Source: Epiperipatus broadwayi
Taxonomy: Eukaryota; Animalia; Onychophora
Length of the DNA stretch: 64,000 nucleotides
NCBI GenBank assembly: GCA_028023455.1
Contig: JAQFVV010000006.1
Coordinates: forward strand, 1,612,001 to 1,676,000
Direction of reading: 5' to 3'
The stretch's first letter is position 1, and every line of letters starts with the position of its first letter. This document shows positions 11,711 to 25,679 of the stretch, piece by piece. Under the pieces are notes generated by a model. It was not told the origin of the DNA. It did not search any database and was given only the letters and a program-made list of their open reading frames with translations. A program made the translations under genes and the position numbers.

Positions 11711-14700
11711 ACTAGAACACCATCATCACAGACCTTCAGAATCCACATTTTTTGTGTCATTATTATGTCATCTTAAACTCCTTGAACTTTGCATTAATGC
11801 CTTGGTTGTATATCTTAAATCTCTCCTGCATTGAATTTGTAAAATATATGCTCTTGACATATAGTTTCGACATATAGTTTCTATTAGTCAAAATGTAATG
11901 TAAGTCTGTTGTAACTTTGTTCGGTTGCTTCATTGTCTGTTTCTTTCTATAATTTATCCCCCTCACCTCCCAAAAAATCATAACATTCGGTTTTGTTTGA
12001 GCACATTCCTGAAGTTTGAAATCCTTCTTATTTATATCATATCATTTAAACACCTTCTTTAATCAATTCTTACAATGCAATCAAATAAAATGTACGTTTT
12101 AATATTTTCTTATGGATCAGTTGATTAGCAGCAAGTGTCAGACCTGTAATATTCAAATCTATATGACCATATAAGTGGTATATATTTCATCCTATTTTAT
12201 ATTCCAAATTTCAAAGAATACATATATTTTAATGAATCCAGAAATTATAGGTTCTTTATACATTTTTAACAATCTTATAAATATTAACCTTCTTGTTTCT
12301 TTTTTTCTTTTTTTTTTTAATGTAAATTATTCTTGCAATTTCATGGATTGTATGCATACACAGTATGTTTCAAAAATCAGACCCCTTAGATATTTTATTA
12401 ATATATATATCAATCGTTAAATTTTTCTGCTTTTTCCTATAGTTTTTTTTATTTGGTTTAATGTTCATTAATTTGTCTATTGTCCTATATCAGGCGATAT
12501 AAACATTTAATTTGAAGCAATACATCAAAGAGTAAGTCTTTGAAATGTATGTTTTCCCGTGTAATTTGTTTTTGTGATTTCTTTAACAGGTTGAATATTT
12601 TCAGAAGAGTGAAAATGGCAACTTGTTGCTTGTCACAAATGCTTCTTTTACGTAAAAAAATCTTTATATGTACAGACCTATCAGGATGTTTGATATAATC
12701 TTTTGACATACTCCATAAAAACATTAGAACAATATTTATTCTTTGTTTTGAGAAAAGAATATAATAAACATCATTATCCACAAGACTCCTAAACTTTGTA
12801 GTCTGGAACAGGGATCAACAACATTTTAGATATTGTGGACCAATAACATAATTTTTAAAGATCCGAATTAATACGAACATTGAGTATGATATACGTGGAT
12901 ATTTATTTATACGTTAATTTTAATTTTAACACAAGAGTGTGCCGTAATAAAATTTGATGCCTAGTCAATTGTACAGAATTCGGTATTCTTATTTTGTTAC
13001 CTTTTCTATGCCGCTGACCGAGTAGGGTTAATTAAATGCCTTTGAGTTAGATATTTTGCAAATCACAGTAGTATTTTGTAACAAATCAATTATCAATATA
13101 ATGTTCTTGTTCTATTTTACATATAATACAGCTTAAAGAAAATTTATTTTTAATTTAAAATCATGGGCCACCGGTTGCCGACCACTGGTCTAGAAGTTTA
13201 TCAAATTAATGATGTCAAACCTGCTACTCTTAATACATATATATTTTCTAGATAACTTTCATTCCTTATATGAATTAAAGGTCCAGGAGGTTTACTTCTC
13301 CCATTAGTTATGGTAGCTCAACTTTCTATAATAATGTTGTGATTGTAAACCGGTTAGTCTCAATGCTTGAATGTATTCAAATCAACTATGCATAAGTGAA
13401 GTATTTGTATATATTTGAATGTGATTAGATGTCAATGTCAAAACTGACAGCTACCCAATTGTAGTATTTATATAAAAAGTCAGGCTGTTGTAGCTGATTA
13501 GCGCATGCTGGTATTTAGACCTGCCATATAATAAGAGGAATTGATGCATATTTTTCACTTTTTTTGATAATTTACACGAATATGTGACCTTTAATTTGAA
13601 TTGTCTATATAATTGCTTCCAGCATATTTACTTAAGAATATTATGGCATACTGCTTAACCCATTTTCTTATCGCTTGTGAATTGGGTTCGAATTTGGAAT
13701 CAGTAAAAACTTTAATCAGGCTTGGGATTTTTCTCTCAGGCACTCTTGGCTTATAATTTAAGTTAGCTAGTTGGTCATCTGTTTATTAGTCAGCATTTAG
13801 CTCTTTTAAACTGGAGATTAAAGCCAAAGTCAGATAACCGGTAAGAACTTCATCACTCATGCAAGCTAAACCTCTTGACTGACGGTTTTTTTTTTTGTTG
13901 GTCCTTTTTGGATAGCTGTGGCAAAGATTTTTTTTTTTGTCAGTGGGCTATTTAAAGAGTGTTATACTGGGTGTCCCTGAAATCTGGACTCATAGAAAAT
14001 CTCATTTACCTATAATTTTTTTTATTATATAATTTTTATATAGTAAAGGGAAGATTTTCACAGGTTAACAAATGAAATACATAAATAAATGATTATATAG
14101 AAATAAAAAGATAAAAAGGATTTTAAGTAGCCCAATTTAGGATAAAGGCTTCTTTAACAGTCTCTCCCCTCCTCCCATTTTTATAGAGGAACAGTGTTGA
14201 CAAATTTTTTCCCCCATATTTCCTGTTCACTGTTCACTGACAAGTGAAGGTCGGAGTGAGCTTTCTACTCTTTTCATCCTTTATCTGGGAATAACTTGTT
14301 ATTAGCAACCACGATTGTTTAATTTGGGTTGGTTGGGGGATGGCTAAACAAGAGAAACAAATCTAAGCTGATTGGAACTAAAGTTTTAACTGATTTGAAT
14401 TTGCCCTGCATATAAATTTATGTAGATTTAATGACATAACTCAAAATTGCTAAGGGAGAGTTGGTTTTATTGCAGTAAAAAAAAAAGGAATTGTTTTAGA
14501 TGTTAGAATACCGGAAGTGACAGAACGGGGACCTTGATTTTTTGATCTTAAGTTCTAGAATCGGTCATTACACCAACACGTTTATTGCATTCATTTAATG
14601 AGGCAACTTAAAACCCGACAGAAAGTCGTTTCATTGCATTGATAAATTGTAATAGATTTTAATTATTATTTTTTTTGGTATCGTTTAGACCAGATATATG

Positions 14701-15337
14701 TATTTAATAATAACGTACTCACATTCCGTAGATATCTTTTCGGGAAAAAAATACTATATAATTTAAATAAAGCATGTACTGTACATAATTTTTGAAACTT
14801 TGATTGTAGTAAATTTTAATCTGTGAGCGAAAGTGTTAACTTTTTAGATAGAATTGTAAGAGTTAATTTCTAAAGTTTCTTTTCTCTAGTTGTGTTCGCG
14901 TATTGATTAATTTTTGTCATGTTACTTTTTACATTTGTTCATTTTATTTTTTTTTAATGTTAATTTTATTATGAAAATATTACTTTACAAGGTAATAAAC
15001 ATGGTTTATCCTATTGTCTCACTTTAAAAATAAAATGCATTTCATTTTTCAAACAGTTCTTTTAAGATAATATTGCGAAGTAATAGAAATGAACATTTTA
15101 AATCGACATAATGAAAATTATTTAATATTTGTTTCTGCTCATCTTTTATTTATTTGTAACGGAATGGCTTTATTGCTGAGTGTTCATAGAAAGTTTGAGT
15201 GGGGCGGAAGTGACTAGTGGGCATTGATCCATGAACCCTGAGCTCCAAAACCTGCCATTTTCCCACAGCACCGCACCACCATCTGTATGTTTAGCTTTGT
15301 TAAAGCCTGATGAAAATCGACCTGTGTGGTTTAGCAT

Positions 15338-16770
15338 AGTTGTACAATGATGGTCTCTGAGCTAATAGTTTCTGACTTAAGAGCTGAAAGTTCCTGGTTC
15401 AAGATTTAATTTGTCATTTCTATGGCTCAAATGTCAGATGATCTGAATGATTAATCATATGATTAGTTTTTCCCTGTGTGATTTAATGCAGGGATAGTTA
15501 CACATTCTGCTGTTAAAAGTTACTGGACCAGAGTTGAAACTAGCGTATTTGGTGCTCGAACATATTGCCATCTCCCGTTATTATTTTTTAATGGCCAAAG
15601 ACTGATAAGTATTCACTATTATGGATATGCTCTACCTTTTCTTGTAAATATGGTGTAGTTGTTCTATGATGGCCTCGGGAGCTAAAAGTTCCTGGTTCAA
15701 GAATAAATTTGTCATTTCCATGGCTCAAAAGTCAGTAGTTTTTCTTTGATGGTCAAGAGAGTTAAAAGCTTCAAGATTTAATTTATCATTTCCATGACTC
15801 AATGGCAAATGACCTGAATGATTAATCATACGATTAGTTTTGCCCTGTTGTGATTTAATGGGATGATGGACTGATACATTCCAGTGCTAAAAGTTAGTAG
15901 ACTAGGACTGAAGCTAGCTTATTTGATACTTAAATAACTTGCTATTTCCTGTGAAACTAATCTTTCAATTACTAGTTTTTAATGGTCTATGCCTGATAAG
16001 TTTTTATTATGGATATGACCTATCTTTTTTTGTAGATAGGATGTAATTGTTTTATGATGGTCTCGAGATCTAAAAGTTCCTGTCTTGGGAGCTAAAAGCT
16101 TCTGGAGCAAAATTTAATTTGTCAATTCCATGACTCAAATGTAAGCAATTGTTCTAAGATGGTTTTGAGAGTTAAAAGTTCCTGTCTTTATAGCTAAAAG
16201 CTTCTGGATCAAGATATAATTTGTCATTTCCATGGCTCAAATATCAAATGATCGGAATGATTAATCGTATGATTGGTTTTGCTGTTTGTGATTTCATGCA
16301 CTAATTGAGTGACACATTCCGGTACTCAGTGCTATTGAACCATAGCTGAAGCTAATCATATTTGATGTTTGAACATTTTGCTATTTCCTATGAAGCTAAT
16401 CATCCAATTATAAATTTTTTTTATAGCCAAAGCCTGTTAAGAATTTCCTATTAAGGAAATGATCTACCTTTTCTTGAAGATGCTGTGTAGTTGTTCTATG
16501 ATGATCTTGAGAACTAAAAGTTTCTTTCTTGAGAGCTAAAAATTCCTACTTGGTCATTTCTATGGTTCAAATGTCAAATGACCTAAATGATCAGTTGTAT
16601 GATTAGTTTCGCCCTGGACCAGAGTTGAAGCTGTCATATTTAATGCTCTAACGTTTTGCTATTACCTGCAAAACTAATCATTAAGTTATTATTTTTTTAA
16701 TGGCCAAAAACTATCTGTTATGGATATGCTCTACCTTTTCTTGTAGATATGACATAGCTGTTGACTCCTA
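15338..16770. repeat. Degenerate tandem satellite-like array, four units of roughly 280-445 bp with internal sub-duplications
   Basis: Units start near 15338, 15657, 16043 and 16487 with tagttgttctatgatggtc...gagctaaaagttcct...ttgtcatttccatggctcaaatg and end in atggatatgctctaccttttcttgtag. Confidence 0.8.
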
Positions 16771-16799
16771 CCAAGCCAACTAATTGTAAGAAAATCTCA

Positions 16800-18600
16800 G
16801 TATTAATTGCCAGTGATGAATTTGTTAAATAATTTAAACTATTGCCTGAGAAATCGTTTATTTGACAACTAAATTCATAATCAAAGAATACTAATAAAGA
16901 TAAGCCAATGAAAGTTATTAATGTAAAATAGAAACCCCTTAGTGTAGTAAGAAGAGACAAGTCTATGAACTCTCTTATAGTGTCTTTTGGCTTTATGTAT
17001 TGTCTGCTGTACTTTGTCATAATGGATTTGTCTTGGCTTCACTTTCAGCATATGGATTAATAGTTGTGTTCAGTGAGTTTAATACCGTGATAGACTTTGG
17101 ATCTCTTAAGTGACCAACTATTCAATTGCTATTTCCAGATTCATCATCTTAGAAGGTTACTCCTTGCTATAAATTTTTGTAAATATTTTATGGAAGTTTT
17201 TGAATATAATATCTTCTGACATGTCATTTCTTTCCATGCCGTTCATCTTATATTTTATTCAGCTTTTCTTTGGTCTTTTAATTCTTTCCTTTCCATCAAC
17301 CATCTATTCTGGTATTCTGCTTTTATTCAATCTTTTAATGGGACCATAGCTGCAAAGACTTCTAATAGTTTTTTTTTTACTTTTCTTTATTTTCCATTTT
17401 TCCTCCTCTTACAATACTATACTCTGTGCCAGGGTATTGTATAAGAGTCATCTCATTTTTATAGCTATACTACTACTCATTAAAATTGTGGTGATCTATT
17501 TTATTCCCTGTCTCATTTTACCAGTTTTTTTTTTACATCTTTTTGTTTTCTCTTGATGTTAATTTTCCCCTCCAACTATTGATTCTAAATATTGGAAACT
17601 GTTGTGACTTTCATGATTTTTTCCCTTGATCAATAATCAGGAACTCATGATATTAAAACGATGGAAGTAGTTTAATTATTACATGTTTATTGAACAGATT
17701 ATACTACCATCCATTTACAGTTAGAGTTATCCATGATTATATTGGAAGGAATTAACCAAAACTTTGTCTATAGTAAATCGTTCTACCATAAAAATATTTT
17801 ATGATTCTCTTTTATACTTTTTCAACATATGGTTTTAGAGCTGTAGTTTGGTATTATGAGATGATTGCTAGAGTTATCCTAGTAGGGTAGATAGAATGAA
17901 TTGTTATTCACTTGGGCGCTCGATGACTTCCTGAATAACGTTTTTAGAGCTGTAGTTTGGTATTATGAGATGATTGCTAGAGTTATCCTAGTAGGGTAGA
18001 TAGAATGAATTGTTATTCACTTGGGCGCTCGATGACTTCCTGAATAACTAATTGTATTCATGAATCATATTTAGCATTTTATTATTTTTATCTTCATCCC
18101 CCACAAGCTTTTGTTTGTCACTGTCCTTGCTCAACTCCATATGACAACCATCCACTGGCACAGAAGTCAATCGTTCACAATTCACAAACAACCTTTACTT
18201 CTCAGATGGACTAAAGGTATCAAATCTTTCCTAGACCTAAACACATCTGGAATGGATGTAAATATATTAAATGCCATATAAATACAAAAGATATAGTAAA
18301 CTACAGGCTCATAAACCATTCATTGATCTATGATATTTATTATCCTGGTTATGGCAGCATCATAGTATTAAATTCATGGCATTGTCTGTTTTCTTTTGTG
18401 TAATCAATGTAATGATACTTATCTAACCCACTACATTATCCGAGAATCACTAACCCTTATTTTAAAATATCTAAATATCTTGACATTTTTCTATTACACC
18501 ATCTTCACACAAGATAGCAATTGGTTTCTATCTATTTTTGATGCTTTGATTCCTTATTCCAATTGGAGCATATGTAGATTTATTATACATTAATATTATT
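16800..18600 (-). mobile_element. Possible highly degraded LINE relic
   Basis: Only short stop-interrupted peptides on the minus strand (e.g. DKVQQTIHKAKRHYK) that loosely resemble the endonuclease-RT linker. Confidence 0.3.
17833..18048. repeat. Perfect tandem duplication, 107 bp x2, period 109
   Basis: 17833-17939 and 17942-18048 are identical by eye. Confidence 0.9.
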
Positions 18601-18924
18601 GTGCAGTAAATTTTAAAGACTTCAAGTATAGAAATACCCAGAATATTGAAGCAAACTGGTCTTTGATATAGATCCTTTTTTTTTTTTGCATGATCTCTAT
18701 ACTGACGTCTTACACACGTTTAGTGCTGCAATAGAGTGGCAGGTTCTAGAACTATAGGATTATTAATTGCGCTTGGCTTTATTGCTTCTGGTGCTCGAAC
18801 ATCCATTTGACTTTGACATTGCAAATCGTTCGAATATTAATTACAATGACTATGTCACATGATTCTAAAAAGCTTGTAAATCTGCTTCTGTCCTGATTAT
18901 CATCTTTTTACATATTTGTGTATA

Positions 18925-19784
18925 TATAAGAGGAACCCAAAAATAACTGGAATTTTTATAATTGTATATTTATTTTTAGGTGTTGAAAATTGAATCGCTT
19001 TAAAAAATATAGTTTACTTAATGCAATGCATTAATCTAAACCTGTTTCTCATTTTTCAAAGCAGTCCAGAAACTCTTGTAAGGTGATGCATTTTAATGCC
19101 TCAATCATTCCCCTTCCCCTCAGTTCTAAGTACACACAAAAAAAGAATTGGGAAACATTTTTCCATTCGAGAGATTGAAGAAGAATCGCACGAAGCAAGA
19201 TTGAGCGAATACGACTGATAGATAAGCTGGGTCATGCCGAATTTAATTAAAAAGTTTTTCACGCTTAAGACTTTGAGAGGTGACAGTTTGTGGGGGTGGA
19301 GCTTGCATTGGTTTCTTTGCCACAAAAATGGGATGTTTGCGTTTTATCACACCACATAAACGTTTCAAAATTTTCAGATAAAATACATGACCATTACAAA
19401 CTAAATTTGAGAGAAAAATGCCATTTGCATAAAAAAAAAATCAGCCTTGTTTTGACTCCGGATTTCACTTGCGATGCTTTATAGGGGTGTGGCAAATTTA
19501 ACATTTCAATTAAACCACTCATAAACTTGTGTTTATACAAGATCAGCTTGCGTATAATCTGTTTCAAGATTTGCAACTTTTTTCCTTGCCATTTTCTGTA
19601 AACGAAAACAGAATTTCACATTGTTTGAACATTTCAGCCATTATAAAAAACTTGGCAAAAATGTGCTACGTAGCCCCATGATTTCACACAATAATGCAAG
19701 AAATATTTAACTGCAAAAGTATATACTACAACAATCATGCGAACCAGAAAATGATTCCAGTTATTTTTTGGTCCACTCTCATAT
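18925..19784 (-). mobile_element. Internally deleted mariner DNA transposon
   Basis: About 30-bp imperfect TIRs (taagaggaacccaaaaataactggaat / attccagttattttttggtccactctcata) in TA context. Minus-strand peptides CVKFCFRLQK (N-terminus) and SYSLNLASCD (YSPDLAPxD motif). Confidence 0.8.
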
Positions 19785-20889
19785 GTTATTGTAAAAATAA
19801 TCCTAATTTAATGATAGCACCTCTATTTGCTATGTCTACGACTTTTGCTCGAAAATCTTGAAAAAAATATTCTAATCAGATTTAGTTTTTTTTTTTCCAG
19901 ATAGCTATCAGTAGCAAAATCAGCTGAGTATTCAATATCAAGTCAGTAAATGGATATCTAGTTATTTTTAGGTAGAGGATGGAACAAGGATCAAAAAATG
20001 CTCAAACACTCTCTCTTTGGTAATTGTCAATTGCCTTTTTTACAACTCTTTTGGGAGGGTAAGAAAGTCGGTGAAAAAGTTTTTGTCCATGCTGCTACCA
20101 TTTTTGTTAATCATTGGTAGAAAGCAATGGCGCGTTATATTATCTCACTGCCCCCCCCCCCCCAATTCTTTCTAGTATTAGGTATTAGAACTTGCATTTC
20201 TGGCATCACTTTACATTTATATAGGCAAGTGTGTCTTTGCAGTAGACAATCAGTATTTAGCATATCTTAATTGCTATCCTCGCCTCCTATAAAATGTGCG
20301 GTGCAAGTGTGGGTTGTATTGGGGATTGTTGCTAGGATTATATAAAAATGGAATTGAGAAATCAGACTAATAAACAGATGGTAGTTAATTGAAAATTCGA
20401 TGTATTTTATTGTTTTACTTATTACTATTTTAGTTTGGTACCAGTTGGTTTCCAGTTTTTATTATTATTTTTTTTTGAGTTATTCTGCTGAAAACAAATT
20501 AAAGCAGAAATTCAGTTTAGTAAAATCATGTATTGATTAGTATTTAATTACTCGCGATCTATATTAAATCCCGTAGATAGTTTACTCGAAGCCTCCGCTC
20601 CATCAGCAATAAAACATTAATCTTGCTATCTAGTGGAACACGATCTTGATTATGTTCACTGGAGCTGCGTCTCCATGATTAAAAAATCAATTTTACAATA
20701 AGCAATCATCAGCTGTGGTCCTGCTGGTATATTGAATTTTTTTAAAAAAAAAAATACAGTAATTTCTTTCTCAGTAATTTAATCTCCTCTCCCCTCCCCC
20801 CCCCCTTTTTTTTTTATTTAAAAAAAAAAGAGGATTTTGTACATTGTTACAAAATTATCAATTGTCTATAATTTAAGTTTTCATCTTAT

Positions 20890-21360
20890 GAATTATATAT
20901 CTATCTGTCTATTTATCTATCCATCTATCTATTTATCCATTCGTCTTTATTCCATCTATCCATGTCTATCTATATTCGCCTATCTATCTGTCTACTTACC
21001 TACGTGCCTGCCTTCCCATCCTCTACTGTATTCTATTCTAACCTATTTATCCAACTGTTCATTCGTCTGTCTATCTATTTGTTTGTCCTGCTTGTCTAAC
21101 AATCTCTATCATTTCTCTTACTGATTGACTTATACAGTTTATCCTTCGTTTTCCAGATTATGTTTTTATGTAATGTGTATTTGTCTACCTGTCTTCTTAT
21201 CTATTGAACTATTATCCTCCTTCTTATTCTAACCATCTGTCTGTTTATTTCTCTATATATTTTTATCTGCTGTATATTTATTGTCTGTTTGTCCATGAAT
21301 CTGCCTATCTATCTATTTTCCCGATTGTCCTTTCCATCCTTTCATCATTTCTATGCTTTC
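20890..21360. repeat. Degenerate (ATCT/CTAT)n low-complexity tract
   Basis: Dense tatctatc / ctgtctatct motifs over about 470 bp. Confidence 0.8.
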
Positions 21361-22914
21361 AGGCAGTGTTCAAAAGATCTGGCAGTTGCTAGACTGTTAG
21401 GACTTGAATGGTTTCCTATCAATTTAAGAATAGATAGGTACATATTTATTGATCTGAGTTTGGTTATGGACCCACTACCTAAAAGAAGAAAAAGACCCTA
21501 AGCCTGATGAGAAAGAATTTTTTTTTTTAGATTCACCCCTTCTGGTTTTGAGCCCAGAATGTAGGCCATAAGCACACTTTATGATGAGTGAATTTGCTAT
21601 ATTACATGACTCTTCTACATTTTTTTAATGTATATTATGTATTAATGGCTATTTTATTTTATTTAACTCTTTCTGATAGCCTTTTTGGCCAATTTTTCAG
21701 TTTGATATGTAAATGTCAAGCATATTTATGCAAGTATATTTCCATTGAAAAAGTTAGTTTCTGCCTTCCATTTGCATGCAGTGCCATCTATGAATCAACA
21801 CATACACTATTGCAGTAGCTATTTTATTTATTCAAATGTGTCAGAGTTTTGAAATTTTTTTAGATATAAGCTAATCTAATCTAATCTAACTATCAAATAC
21901 TTATCAGTAAATGAATATTTAGCTGGAGGATGAATTGTTACCAAGTTTTAACTAAGAATTATAAAAGTGATGTCATCTAAAAGAGTCTTATAGCATAGTG
22001 TTTTAATTCCCATCTTCCATGTCTGTGATGCTGATTTCAAACCCGTCTTGTTGAACTTTGAAAATGTGCTGGGCAAATAGGTATCTGATTAAGTTTTAGC
22101 GAGAAATTGAAGTTATCGTGTTCACTAGGTTAATCAAATGAGTTTTGATTTAATTGTAAAAAATAAGAAAAAACATGATTGTATTATGAATCGGCCTTCC
22201 TTAATGGTCACCACATTATACTTAACCATATGATGCCCTTTTTCTCCATTATCGAATCACTAATTATCATTACAATATTCAATTGAAGCTTTTATATAAA
22301 TAAAATAACAGCCTGAACAAAAATATAGATTGTTTGTTTTCGTCGAAGAGCATAGGCATAGGAGTAAGGGTTTTAAAGTTTTCTCAACATAAGCGATTTT
22401 TTTAAAAAAATAGTCATATGAGAATGTGTCGAAGAACAATTTCTCCCATTTCAGGATATTATTGAATTTATTGCAGATTTAACTTAAACTAATTCAGGGT
22501 TATCTTTTAAGCGTCATGAAGCTTTTTAATAAGAGCTCAATATTTGATCTATGTGTGACATGCAGGTCTCATTATGCATTATACTCACAAACACCTTTTG
22601 TAGCATCCTCTTCATTGTGATATCATTATCAAGTATATACTGAACTCTTACTGTTATGAGCTATAGAGCTTTTCAGTTATAACTGAGACCAATACTTATG
22701 ATATGTAGATAGCCATGCTTTTAATATGGCCAGTGTAACATATTTTGTACTAGGCTTGCACTCTATACATACTAAGCTTGCAAATGTTAGGAAGTGAAAA
22801 GCTACATTTAATGATACTCAGCAATGCTTTCCCACAGTTGCTCTTTATTTATACATATTATCCATAAATCTTGATTCAGTGAAATTTTACAATTTATGTA
22901 CCATATATTGATCA

Positions 22915-23650
22915 TATGATTTGCAGGTGATATGGTTCTTATAGCTGAGGATGAAAAGGGTCTTCAGAATATGTTGAATAAATTGGAAGAAGGATGTATG
23001 GAATATTGAATGAAGAGTAATGTTGAGACAACTTAATGTTTATGGATAAGTTGGAATGCAATAAGACTGCAAATTGAAATCCATGATAACATAGTTCAAT
23101 AGGCAGAGGGATTTAGATGTTTGGATAATTGGTTGAGTGAGGATGGAAAAAATAAAGATAGCATTGGCAAAGGAGGTATTTATTAAGAAAAAGAATATAT
23201 TTTGCGGATCTTTGAAGAGAAAATTAAGAAAATGCTGTCTGTGGAATGTACTATTGTATGATTGTAAAACATGGACAGTGAGTAATAAAATTAGGAACAG
23301 AGTGGGAGCCTTTGAATGGAGAAGAATGGAAAAAATCAGATTGATGAATAAAATAACAAATGAAGAAGTTTTGAAAAGAGTAAGTGAAAAAAGATTGATT
23401 GAGAAAATTAGAAATAGAAACTGGATTGGACATATATTAAGAAGAAAGTATTGTTTAACGAAAGATGCTTTGAAGGGCATGGAGAGTGGAAACAAGAAGA
23501 AAGGATGGAAAAGATTGACATTGTTGGATGATATAAGGAGTGAAAAGAGTTACATGAAATTGAAGAGTTGGTGAATGAAGAGACAGAGTGGAAAAATGGA
23601 TGGTTATGTGATGACTCTGGACCTGTCCATGGGGAAGAATACGATTGATT
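22915..23650 (+). mobile_element. RTE-clade LINE 3' portion (RT C-terminus and downstream domain), pseudogenised
   Basis: FAGDMVLIAEDEKGLQNMLNKLEEGCMEY* resembles the FADD region. ORF 23137-23574 contains LLYDCKTWT, ITNEEVLKRV and WIGHILRR. Confidence 0.88.
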
Positions 23651-24458
23651 GATCAGAAAGGAATACCTTTATTAGTGGCATGATAAATTTTCTTAACATT
23701 GCTTGCTGGTTATTGTTTCTTTCTGTATTTTGTTTTGCCTTTCACCCGTTAGGTAATATTACCTGATACTTCAAGGTACAATAATTTCATTTTATGTCAT
23801 AGTCAAAAAATGAACAGCAGAAGTTGATTTACTTATGATAGGATCCATATCTTCCATAGTTCTGAATTCTATATAAAATTGTGGGTGATAGATGGATTCT
23901 GAAATTTATTTTGAAAGTGTTGAAGTATTGTCTTTAATCTCTCATATACAATTCATCTTAATCTGCACATATTTTGCTTCATTAACTTTGTCTGATTTTC
24001 CAAGATCTGTTCTCTTCACCGAACTACAGAGCCATCTACTATATGCTTGAATAATCAATGAACGTTAGACTAATATATTTAAATATAATTATTAATATAT
24101 CTAAATATTGTTATGTGCTTTTGAAAGCATATGGTAAGAGTTAGATGTTTTGTTGGTAATAACATTATAAGCCTCTACCACTGATTCATATCTGTCTGCA
24201 TTAACTCCTGATTCTATTTCTGCTGCAAGTTGTATTTCTTTGTTGCGACTTTAAAATTAATGCTGTGCTTCATAATCCTCATATTTTGATTCATATCTGG
24301 AATTATGAGCTCAATTTTGTCTGTGAGGAGGAAGATTCACTGCTAATAATATATTGTACACTATTGATCATTACAATTATGTTCCTAATTTCTATCTCTA
24401 CCAAAATAAACTACCAGCAATACTATTTGTAGGATCACCTTACTTATATATAAGATTA

Positions 24459-25293
24459 CCACTCTCCACTCTATCTAATAACACTGATACACTCAAGCAC
24501 ATATATGCTGAAAAGATAAATAATCACCAATATACGTATTTCATGCTAAACCAGCAATCATCAGTTGGTCCAGATTATCATCTCCCACACATATATACTA
24601 TAAGTGCTCAGATATATATTAAGATAGACAATCTTCATGCTTTAATGGACAGGCTCCAATCTACTACACACTCCAACTCTTCAACCATCCATCCAATTGA
24701 AAATCTGATGATGGAATGCTCGAAGGCCACCCTGAGGCCGAGATTCTTGTCAAACCCATGTTAACCTAAAGTCAATCTGAACCCCACATGTAAAGGACAT
24801 AATCCATTAAATACATATGCAAGGATGGGCAGATATCTCTATAATGTAATAACTGAAACACAGGCTTATTATATACCTGTGTCTATATATGTAATATAGG
24901 GTATATGAGCACAGACTTTCACAAGAATCTCGGCCTCAGGGTGGCCTTCGAGCATTCCATCATCAGATTTTCAATTGGATGGACAGTTGAAGAGTTGGAG
25001 TGTGGAGTAGATTGAAGCCTGTCCATTAAAGTATGAGGTTTGGCTATCTTAATATATGTCTGAGCACTTATAGCATATATGTGTAGAGATGGTAATCTAG
25101 ACCAACTGATGATTGCTGGTTTAGCATGAAATACGTACATTGGTGATAATTTATCTTTTCAGCATATATGTGCTTGAGTGTATCAGTGTTATTAGATAGA
25201 GTGGATAGTGGTGGGTCATGTGAAAGTCTGTGCTCATATATCTATCTATTACATATATAGACACAGGTATATAATAAGCCTGTGTTTCAGTTA
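24459..25293. mobile_element. Family B nested inverted HHR cassette (A-x-B-A'-B')
   Basis: Arms about 24458-24750 / 24920-25212 and 24848-24922 / 25219-25295. TSD ttatatataagatta at 24444-24458 and 25294-25308. Confidence 0.88.
24527..24568 (-). ncRNA. Intact minimal hammerhead ribozyme motif
   Basis: CCAA CUGAUGA UUGCUG guu UAGCAU GAAA U ACGU AUA UUGG, with self-complementary AUACGUAU and predicted triplet AUA. Confidence 0.75.
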
Positions 25294-25679
25294 TTATATA
25301 TAAGATTATATACTGACTTTAATTACATTATTTGTTTCTTTCTTTTTGGCAACACAGTAGCCATAACACATTTCCTAATTCTTTTTAGTTGTATCTAAAT
25401 GGTATCCTATGTATTTACTACCTCATACTTATTGAAGTTATAATTTAATTCTAAATCACCAATTCTCAACCTATGGTATGCACAATTGACACACAAAGGA
25501 TAAACTATTTTTGAAAAGTTATATTTAAGTAGTTTATTCACATAATGTAAAACTTGTACATATGTTCTATACCGATTAACGTTTACTCCGTTAATATGAG
25601 CATGTGCATAAATCGAACGTGACAAGAAATATGGCGACATGCCGGAGTAAAAGGTAATTCAAAGACTTTACCATAATAG

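Noticed and set aside
19800-20740. Promoter or first exon in a CpG-richer patch
   Set aside because: No ORF, no splice pattern and no core-promoter motif that I could support.
21363-21437. AG/GT-bounded 75-bp segment as a host exon
   Set aside because: Peptide is not DDX55-like, and there is no independent support.
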